From positions 321,842,001 to 321,906,000 of the forward strand of contig NW_027362761.1 of NCBI RefSeq assembly GCF_046119375.1: a stretch of DNA of 64,000 bases, in the 5' to 3' direction. The notes under the pieces were generated by a model, which saw only the letters and a program-made list of their open reading frames with translations, was not told the DNA's origin and did not search any database. This DNA is from Phyllobates terribilis. Lineage: Eukaryota. A program made the position numbers and the translations under genes. This document shows, in pieces, positions 53,126 through 64,000 of this stretch (positions are counted from its first letter, which is position 1; each line of letters opens with the position of its first letter).

Positions 53126-53710
53126 AATATTTTGCTCAAATTCTCTAATTTACTATATCCAGTGATTCTGCAATTGGTAAGAAACTGCTCACTTGTCGTA
53201 AATCAAATCTTTTATGATCTAAAAATTAGCAATTTCAGGCACTATGGGGAAGATTTAGCAAGACTTGTGGTTTTGCCAGTATCAAAAAAAAAATAATTGG
53301 AGAAAATTGTGCCAAATATGTTAACTGGTGTAGACCAAGTAATAATAAACCTGATCAACTTTTCGAGAGCATGGTGCAAAAATGAAAAAATTTTCACACA
53401 ATGTTCGACTTTTTGTTGCTTTCTCTATGACAAAAACTTGCTTGCTAAATGTAGGCATGAATCCTCTTGTGTAAACTGGCATCTGACAAGGAGTCCAAGG
53501 AGAAGAGACAAGGGATCTCAAAAGTCAGCATCGTTATGAAAAATCATATAATTATTATTACTACATAAAAACGAAGGCATGTTGAACTTGAATGACTCGC
53601 TACATCGCTGATCAGTGCTTGATATTTATGCTCACGAATAAAAAGAACGCTCACTCTTTATAGCAAATGGTCTACTCGCTACTTGATAAACAAGGAAAGG
53701 AACCACTTAC

Positions 53711-53746
53711 TGAGTAGCCGCGTCCAGAAAGTGACTGAGCTGAGCT
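53711..53746 (-). CDS. fbrsl1: 36-nt internal coding exon of fibrosin-like 1 (AUTS2 family), equivalent to exon 4
   Basis: Minus strand reads AGC TCA GCT CAG TCA CTT TCT GGA CGC GGC TAC TCA = SSAQSLSGRGYS. It is flanked by a strong acceptor (ctgAc branch point, ttactctctttcctccacag) and donor (CA|gtaagt), phase 0-0. From recall, human FBRSL1 has SSAHAVSGRGYS, AUTS2 SSAPSSLGTGYF (also a 36-nt exon) and FBRS SSRHSLEAGYI at this position, so FBRSL1 fits best. Confidence 0.85.
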
Positions 53747-54699
53747 CTGTGGAGGAAAGAGAGTAAGGTCAGCAAAGACAAGTTGCCAAAGTCAAATTTT
53801 CTTTGTCAGTTCTTTCAAGATCAGTACACATCAGACACACCTGAAAGTAAATGTAGGTGAGGAAAATACACGGAACCAAATTTTAAGTGAATTAATAAAA
53901 ATGGCTACTATTCTTGGCTACCTACACCACTCTAATACTTTGTATCTCCTGATTTTAGTTAGCCATAGCTGCAGGCGCAGGAATATTAAGATGTTCTACC
54001 ACCAATTGGTATATGGAAAATATATATTTTTTACACTGCACAAATCTAAAAAGCAGAATTAGAATGATGAGAAAGCCGTACAAGTTGTGAAAAACAAAAG
54101 CAAAGCAGTTAAGCTGTAAACCCCCTCCCAATGCATGGATCGGCCTTACACGTTTACGGCTATAGGGAGAGCTAGAGATCTTTCTTTTACCGGACTACAA
54201 ACATTGTGAACACAAATGACCATGAAAGCAGTCTTCATAATCAACAGATTATATGTGTGACTAGTCCACAAGTTGTATGTACAGAGAGCATTAGTCTTAC
54301 TACAAACTAAAGAATGGACACACATCTCTTGCTCTAGGATGTTGAGTAATTTTGTGCCATTCTTTGCGATTCTATTCCTTGGTTTGCAGCAAGTGAATAC
54401 AAACATTTAACAAAAGAGAGATATAGTAAATGATAGAAGATTATTTGCAAATGTAGAAATATGACAAATACAAGATCCAAAAAAGATGATGTAGTCTCTT
54501 AATGAAGAAACAATTTTCTGCAAAACCGCACTCCCAAAACTGACATGATCAAGCACATTACACACGGATGACATCCCTCCCTATATGCAACCAATGTAAC
54601 CTCTTTCCCTACAGCAGTGAAGATGTTAAGCACAACATACGGGTGAATAATGCAGCTGCATTTCCGATTTTTCCCTGGTGAGTCAGAGGAGCACAGTGC

Positions 54700-56350
54700 A
54701 CCTGCCAACCTTTCCTGCTAAGCCAATAATTGCCAATTTAATCTTTGCCTCTTGGTATCACTCATGTTTAGCCCTTGCTGTGCCCTGAATACATCTTCAT
54801 TCATCTGGGGGGTTGCATTTGACAATTAGAGTGTTAGCTTCAGCTAAAAAGGGCAGCCAGTTTGGCAAGGCCAGGGAGACAATTATTAGTCTATTTTCCC
54901 ATCATGTAGTGGGTGGTGCTAGGGAAATCTGAAATCTACCACAATTACATTAGGTTTCTTCTCTTTTCCCTTTCCGCTCCTTCCCTCCTTCGCGCCTCAC
55001 ACCCTCCCTTCACCTTCAGAATATTTCACATTATCACAGCTTTACAACCACATTCAAATTTTCCATGTTCACACGGACTGAGGCTTCTATTTAAATGATA
55101 ATGAGGGACAATCCATTCAATTGAGCGAGGGAGAAAATCCATTAAAACACAGGCAGCTCTTAAGCTAGGTCATAACCAGATGTAAAAAAAAAAGCAAAAA
55201 ACCTTTCTTTCCCCTTGTTTTACAGGCATTATGCAAGGCCATGTATGGATTTTAACACGGGTCGCAACATTTCAAAAGATTAAGAGAACAATTACACAGA
55301 GATGTGCAAATTATTTAAGTGGCGAGTAACAAAGTCTAACGTGGATAATTGGTCACATATACCGCTGAAAAACAATCATATTATTAGATGAAAATCCAGT
55401 GATACCAGATTAAACAGGCTAGTACTGGCTTCACAAGTGGAAAATAATAAGCAGATTTTGTCATACGAACACTTTGCTGCTTTGCTCACAGATAACATGA
55501 TAAAGTCTCATTGGCCGCTGTGCCCAATAATATATTTTTGCCACCAATCAAAATGCCCCACATGGCAAGCTTGAGCTGAGCACATCATTACGTAGAACTC
55601 TGATAGGTTCTAGCTGTTGCCATAGTAACACTTGCGGCCTCCACAGCTCTTTATGATGTTCCATTCTTCCACCTCCTGAAGGGAAGGGGGGCTCAGCTGC
55701 TAATATTAAATAAGAATAAACTTTTATATTAGGTATACATCACGTACTATTGATCTGGGGACTGATGCCTACCAGCAAATTAGCTAAAAATGTTCTGCCT
55801 GTAGAGAACTGTGCTCCTCCCCATCCCCCAGTCTTACTTCTTTAATTAACATCCCATATCTAAATCAGAAGGACTCTGCTTCTGATCCCAGAAATCCGCA
55901 CTAGAGGAAATGTGCAGCTATGGTCCCCCGCCCCTTTTCTTCCTCCCCTCCCATCACTTTCGCCTGTCAAAGCTGTCAACTCAAATACAGCTTTAATCTG
56001 CCAGGAGCACTTTTCTCCTGACATTTTTAATAAATACTTTCAGCTCTTAAACACATTTGCTGCAGATATCTCCTTTCCCGCCTTCCCCCTCTTACTCCCT
56101 CTCCTTCCCTGCAGAATAAAAGCAGGGAGACAAAAAGCAGAAAACACTATTTGGGAACCAACTTCTGCCGTTCAGCAAATGATCGTGCTGCAGTGTAAAC
56201 CAATACAGAGTAACGCAATACGCTGCAAAATCTCTAGCACTGTGCACGCCATTTCAGGGTGCCACCCGTAGCATTTTATTCCAATAGTGCCAGTTTTTAA
56301 ATTATATAGATATACAAGATTATAGATGGAAGAGATGCAGCAAACAGGAC
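54700..56350. promoter_or_regulatory. Repeat-free candidate regulatory island upstream of the fbrsl1 exon
   Basis: RFX X-box GTTGCCATAGTAAC 55616-55629; tandem CTGTCAA (Meis/Pknox-type) 55964 and 55973; GC box near 55926; many TAAT/ATTA cores. Confidence 0.4.
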
Positions 56351-56359
56351 TTCTCCCCT

Positions 56360-56640
56360 TATTATCTGCTTTCAGGTGTGATTTTAATATTTCCCCACAC
56401 CTGTTATTTGCCACAGGTGAGTGTGAACGAGCATCATATGCTTAAAACAAAGTTGTTTACCCACAATTTTGGAAAGGTGCCAACAAATTTGTCCGGATCA
56501 TTTTGGGGGTTTTGTGTGGAATTATGTCTAATTTGCCTTTTTTTTCCGTTGTTCCAATACACACAAATGAAATAAACACGTGTATAGCAAAACGTGTGTA
56601 ACTGCAATGCTATGGGAGAAAGGCTTCATTTTCTGGAACA
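56360..56640. mobile_element. Fragment of another Tc1-type terminal region
   Basis: aaaggtgccaacaaatttgtcc inner DR-like motif and TIR-like tail related to the adjacent Tc1. Confidence 0.5.
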
Positions 56641-56669
56641 AATATATATTATATATACACATACATATA

Positions 56670-58292
<1,623 letters not shown>

Positions 58293-58298
58293 TATATA

Positions 58299-60629
58299 CA
58301 GTACAGACCAAAAGTTTTGACACACCTTCTCATTTAAAGATTTTTCTGTATTTTCATGACTATGAAAATTGTACATTCACACTGAAGGCATCAAAACTAT
58401 GAATTAACACATGTGGAATTATATACTTAACAAAAAAGTGTGAAACAACTGAAAATATGTCTTATATTCTAGGTTCTTCAAAGTAGCCAACTTTTGCTTT
58501 GATGACTGCTTTGCACACTCTTGGCATTCTCTTGATGAGCTTCAAGAGGTAGTCACCGGAAATGGTCTTCCAACAATCTTGAAGGAGTTCCCAGAGATGC
58601 TTAGCACTTGTTGGCCCTTTTGCCTTCACTCTGCGGTCCAGCTCACCCCAAACCATCTCGATTGGGTTCAGGTCTGGTGACTGTTGAGGCCAGGTCATCT
58701 GGCGTAGCACCCCATCACTCTCCTTCTTGGTCAAATAGCCCTTACACAGCCTGGAGGTGTGTTTGGGGTCATTGTCCTGTTGAAAAATAAATGATGGTCC
58801 AACTAAACGCAAACCGGATGGAATAGCATGCCGCTGCAAGATGCTGTGGTAGCCATGCTGGTTCAGTATGCCTTCAATTTTGAATAAATCCCCAACAGTG
58901 TCACCAGCAAAGCACCCCCACACCATCACACCTCCTCCTCCATGCTTCACGGTGGGAACCAGGCATGAGAGTCCATCCGTTCACCTTTTCTGCGTCGCAC
59001 AAAGACACGGTGGTTGGAACCAAAGATCTCAAATTTGGACTCATCAGACCAAAGCAAAGATTTCCACTGGTCTAATGTCCATTCCTTGTGTTCTTTAGCC
59101 CAAACAAGTCTCTTCTGCTTGTTGCCTGTCCTTAGCAGTGGTTTCCTAGCAGCTATTTTACTATGAAGGCCTGCTGCACAAAGCCTCCTCTTAACAGTTG
59201 TTGTAGAGATGTGTCTGCTGCTAGCCACCTTTAGCTTTGATGACTGCTTTGCACACTCTTGGCATTCACTTGATGAGCTTCAAGAGGTAGTCACCAGAAA
59301 TGGTTTTCACTTCACAAGTGTGCCCTGTCAGGTTTAATAAGTGGGATTTCTTGCCTTATAAATGGTGTTGGGACCATCAGTTGTGTTGTGCAGAAGTCTG
59401 GTGGATACACAGCAGATAGTCCTACTGAATAGACTGTTAGAATTTGTATTATGGCAAGAAAAAAGCAGCTAAGTAAAGAAAAACGAGTGGCCATCATTAC
59501 TTTAAGAAATGAAGGTCAGTCAGTTCGAAAAATTGGGAAAAATTTGAAAGTGTCCCCAAGTGCAGTTGCAAAAACCATCAAGCGCTACAAAGAAACTGGC
59601 TCACATGAGGACCGCCCCAGGAAAGGAAGACCAAGAGTCACCTCTGCTTCTGAGGATAAGTTTATCCGAGTCACCAGCCTCAGAAATCGCAGGTTAACAG
59701 CAGCTCAGATTAGAGACCAGGTTAATGCCACACAGAGTTCTAGCAGCAGACACATCTCTTCAACAACTGTTAAGAGGGGACTTTGTGCAGCAGGCCTTCA
59801 TGGTAAAATGGCTGCTAGGAAACCACTGCTAAGGACAGGCAACAAGCAGAAGAGACTTGTTTGGGCTAAAGAACACAAGGAATGGACATTAGACCAGTGG
59901 AAATCTTTGCTTTGGTCTGATGAGTCCAAATTTGAGATCTTTGGTTCCAACCACCGTGTCTTTGTGCGACGCAGAAAAGGTGAACGGATGGACTCTACAT
60001 GCCTGGTTCCCACTGTGAAGCATGGAGGAGGAGGTGTGATGGTGTGGGGGTGCTTTCCTGGTGACACTGTGGGGGATTTATTCAAAATTGAAGGCATACT
60101 GAACCAGCATGACTACCACAGCATCTTGCAGCGGCATGCTATTCCATCCGGTTTTGTTTAGTTGGACCATCATTTATTTTTCAACAGGACAATGACCCCA
60201 AACACACCTCCTCCAAGAAGGAGAGTGATGGGGTGCTACGCCAGATGACCTGGCCTCCACAGTCACTAGACCTGAACCCAATCGAGATGGTTTGGGGTGA
60301 GCTGGACCGCAGAGTGAAGGCAGAAGGGCCAACAAGTGCTAAGCATCTCTGGGAACTCCTTCAAGATTGTTGGAAGACCATTTCTGGTGACTACCTATTG
60401 AAGCTCATCAAGAGAATGCCAAGAGTGTGCAAAGCAGTCATCAAAACAAAAGGTGGCTACTTTGAAGAACCTAGAATAAAAGATATAATTTCAGTTGTTT
60501 CACACTTTTTTGTTAAGTACATAATTCCACACGTGTTAATTCATAGTTTTGATGCCTTCAGTGTGAATGTACAATTTTCATAGTCATGAAAATACAGAAA
60601 AATCTTTAAATGAGAAGCTTTGTCCAAAC
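58299..60629 (+). mobile_element. Rearranged DD38E (Intruder-type) Tc1-like element with inverted duplication
   Basis: ta|cagtacagaccaaaagtt; inverted transposase 3' two-thirds at 58462-59224 (-); forward transposase 59451 to about 60480; right TIR runs into the gap. QQD-38 aa-E spacing counted in the inverted arm. Confidence 0.92.
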
Positions 60630-60810
60630 NNNNNNNNNNNNNNNNNNNNNNNNNNNNNNNNNNNNNNNNNNNNNNNNNNNNNNNNNNNNNNNNNNNNNNN
60701 NNNNNNNNNNNNNNNNNNNNNNNNNNNNNNNNNNNNNNNNNNNNNNNNNNNNNNNNNNNNNNNNNNNNNNNNNNNNNNNNNNNNNNNNNNNNNNNNNNNN
60801 NNNNNNNNNN
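60630..60810. other. Assembly gap (181 N)
   Basis: Run of N. Confidence 1.
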
Positions 60811-60815
60811 TGGCG

Positions 60816-60904
60816 GTGGGGAAAACGGTTGTGTGACTCTACCCTGATTTATATATAAAATACATAAATAAATTAGGGTAGGGTCACACAACCGCTTTCT
60901 CCAC
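60816..60904. repeat. 36-bp inverted repeat beside the gap
   Basis: gtggggaaaacggttgtgtgactctaccctgattta / taaattagggtagggtcacacaaccgctttctccac (4 mismatches). Confidence 0.8.
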
Positions 60905-62089
60905 ATTCGAGATAAATGGTCAGATTCTTCTGACCAGATTTTGAATAGACTTTGATCAGTGGCGCATCAGTTTTTCTTGGCTGTTGAGATCATAAAAAAA
61001 CGTTTCTCCAACTTCTCAATTCTGTCAGTCCATGAAAACCAGGCCACACTTGGATGTCATCTGAGTATGGTCCGATTTTTTTCACAGACCCATAGTATTG
61101 CCGATTTTGATCCAACACTCGGATAAAAATAGTAAGTGTCTCTGATTTTTTCCGCGGAACATTCAGTACGAGAAAAAAAAAATCCCCATAGAATATCATA
61201 GGTACGAGTGCTATCCCTGAAACTACAGATAGCACTCGTCCAACAAAATCAGTTGTGTGCACGAGCTTTTAAAGTCAGAAAAGACTAATATACAAGTGGG
61301 TCGCATAATAGGTAATGACATGTGCACTCCTGTTATCAAACACAAAAGGAAATATGCTCCATGTCCATCATTCACCAGATTTACTGACCATATTGACATC
61401 ATCAGAATCTTGTCCTCTTAAGTACAAAAAGCGTGCAAACTGCTCAAAGGAAGTATCCTATCACTCGGGATTTAAAATAGGGAAAAAGGCTAAAACACAG
61501 ATTACTTCAATTAAAAAAAAAAATAGATGAAATATGGCAACTTCTATGACAAACATTAGATTGTGTGGAGCAGTAGATTTCCATCTCATCACAGCAGGCA
61601 TGGAGCTGGTTAATACTAAATGTTATTGTTTTGCAAACCTCGGAGACCTCCACCTCCACCCACTGCTTTGCATTCTGGAAAAGAGGCAGTGTTTCAATTT
61701 AAAACCTAAATTAGCTGTCCAATTGAATCTAGCTGGCACAAAGCTTTCCTTGTGACAGGCTGTACTTATGAAGCATATTTTACATTAATAGAACTCAACA
61801 TGAGTCCCACGTGGAGGGTGGTAGATGGAGGGGGTTACATGCAAAGCTATTGAAATGTTCAACCCAATATCTCAGAAATTCTAGACATTTTCTCTCTCAA
61901 AACCTCTGCAGAATAATGGCAGAGGCTTTCCACTCTAATTCATTAGAATAAAAGATGCTATAAAAAGATAAACCAGTTAATTTCGGATTAAAGGGATGTC
62001 TATATATCTTTCCTTTACCTCATATAGATTATACGCACAAATGCAAGCAGCACTCATATCATAACCACCTTTCTTGTATTGTACAGATA

Positions 62090-62300
62090 CCCTTCATGCC
62101 ACCAAAACATCCACTGAAGGTATTTGGCAGCAATTTGATAGCAGCAGACCAAATATATCCTGGAAGTTATGAACCAGCCTCCATGATTTGGACTCATTTT
62201 TCCAGAATATCCCACAAATGCTTCATCAGATTAGAATCTGGAAGCCAGGCCAATACCTTGAACTAATTGTCATGTTCCTCAAATCATTCCTGCCATTAGG
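62090..62300 (-). pseudogene. Old Tc1 transposase C-terminal fragment
   Basis: Minus strand reads QEWFEEHDN*FKVLAW...KHLWDILEK-like sequence. Confidence 0.6.
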
Positions 62301-62496
62301 GAACCGTGTTGCTATGAAAAACTATATTAGGCCTGCAACAATTAATTTTTATATTATTTTTGTTATAACTTTTTATAATCAAATATTTTATCAATCAAAT
62401 CACAAAATATATAAACCTTAACACCCTCTACCAGACCCACCTTCGAACTAAGACAAGAAAAAAATCTAAAACCAACCACTGCAAACAAATGTTTAA

Positions 62497-62956
62497 AGGG
62501 AATCTGTCAGAAGAATTTCACCCCCAGACTATTTATATGCGCATGTAGCTCAAAGAAAAGTCCAACAATACCTTTACATGGTCAGTCTATTCCTTCATTC
62601 CTGAGAAACCAGTGTTTGAAATATGAAAATTAGATGTGCAGCTCTGAAGCCTCTGTCACTCCAGCTCTATTCCCTGCCCAGTGCTGCCTCCACCCGCTTG
62701 ACTATCGGTTCCTTTGCCTGAAGTCACACTGCATAAAAACAGTTAGTCAAGCTGGAGGCAGAGCTGGGCAGGAATAGAGCTGGAGTGACAAATGTTTCAG
62801 ATCTGAGGCCACATTTACATATTAAATCAAACACGGATTTCTCAGTAACGGGAGGAACGAACTGGCCATGTAAAGGGTATTGCTGGACTTGTCTTTCAAA
62901 GAGCTATCAGTGCATATAAATAATTTGGGGGATGAAATCCTGCTAAACAATTGCTT
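62497..62956. mobile_element. T2-type MITE
   Basis: ttaa|agggaatctgtcagaagaatttcacccc...ggggatgaaatcctgctaaacaattgctt|ttaa. Confidence 0.7.
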
Positions 62957-64000
62957 TTAAGTTAAAAATTCTGAATTTGCATACATAGTAGAGGTAATTT
63001 TATATGGGCAAATTTTCTGACTGTAAAGAGAACAGGTCAAAAATAATGCAAGTGCTTGCAACAGTCATGGACTGAATGAATGCTAGTGTGATTTCTCATT
63101 TGCATAAGCTTTCTTCTTTTATTCACCAACACATCCCTGTTTATATATAGAGATGTGATGCCAACAATGATTTTAAAAGTCCACATGAAAAATACTATCA
63201 CATGGACAACACTTGGGGGTGAATATTCTTATGTTCATGTGCCCTTGAAAAACGTTTCCACAAATTAATGAATTTATAAAATGACATGTCAGATTTGAAA
63301 TATTTGTCACGGTCACTAAGGGGAAAATATAAACTCGGGGACGGAGGAGGAATAATTGTTATCAATTCAACCCACTCTTTTCAAGAAAGACCACCTCGAT
63401 CTGCAGCAATGTTTAGGTAGGTGTTAGAAGTCAAACAGCCATGCCAGGTGTCAAGGTTTCCCAGGGGAACATTGTTTCACACTCCCTTGGCCAGCTTGCT
63501 TTTTTTCCTTTTTTGGTGGCATCTCTTCATCAGGTAAGTGACATGTCTTATTCCTCCATGGTTCATTTCTGACATTTAGGTCCCTATTGTAGCCACTTTC
63601 CAGAAATTGGTCAGCATGTTATCTCAGATTGGTCCCGCAGCTATTGATTATAATCCACTATGTGTTCGGACTCCTTTCTATCAGAAGTCCGCATTAACTT
63701 TTCAACAGTAGTGTGACTGTGGTCCGCGCACATTACAATGATTGGCTAAGACCCTTTCATCAGGTAACAAACTATTGCCTATAGGAAACACCTACAATAC
63801 ATGACAGCTGGGTCAAAGCATTCCCAAAATGCCTAGTTATCACAATTTGGTTCTTGTGAAGGGTCACTCAGATCCTTAGGCTTTTCCTGCTTCAAAAACA
63901 CCTTACCCACAAGACCTAACTGATAATCGATGTATACTTCCCTTGTTCAGAAATTGCCATGTTATGGCTGATCTGTGTGTGTTCTCCTTTGTTTATCTCT

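Larger units (their letters stand above)
1..53710 (-). other. fbrsl1: Large intron downstream of the fbrsl1 36-nt exon (next exon not found in window)
   Basis: Scanning the minus strand by eye found no 30-nt CDSES..DK-type exon with splice sites. Sequence is TE-rich with no host-like ORF. Very long introns here are typical of the AUTS2 family. Confidence 0.6.

Noticed and set aside
55200-56120. Strong plus-strand acceptor-like tracts (55225, 56114; also 39780, 39860) suggesting an antisense transcript
   Set aside because: No matching donors or ORF; pyrimidine tracts are common, so this cannot be supported without RNA data.

Overview
Vertebrate genomic DNA; the repeat landscape points to an anuran amphibian (inference). 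Almost the whole window looks like intron of an AUTS2-family gene on the minus strand. The only host coding sequence found is a 36-nt phase-0 exon at 53711-53746 (SSAQSLSGRGYS), best matching FBRSL1 exon 4, which the ORF track misses. The rest is dense in transposons: six Tc1/mariner-superfamily copies or large fragments (DD34E types, one nearly intact, plus a fold-back DD38E element), many TTAA-target (T2/Kolobok-like), hAT and Harbinger-like MITEs, a decayed L1 interrupted by a solo LTR, a Tc1 and a MITE, a SINE/L2 tail and a Penelope-like remnant. Repeat-poor islands rich in homeodomain motifs are candidate enhancers. Most interesting: (i) a ~320-nt retrozyme-like repeat family carrying type I hammerhead ribozymes, one with an intact core in the sense of the host pre-mRNA; (ii) an unexplained ~327-nt element with the exact geometry of a linearised dumbbell (two different ~65-bp stems capped by the same 23-nt loop), split by a Tc1 insertion. 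Two assembly gaps. All calls are by eye; no database search or folding program was run.
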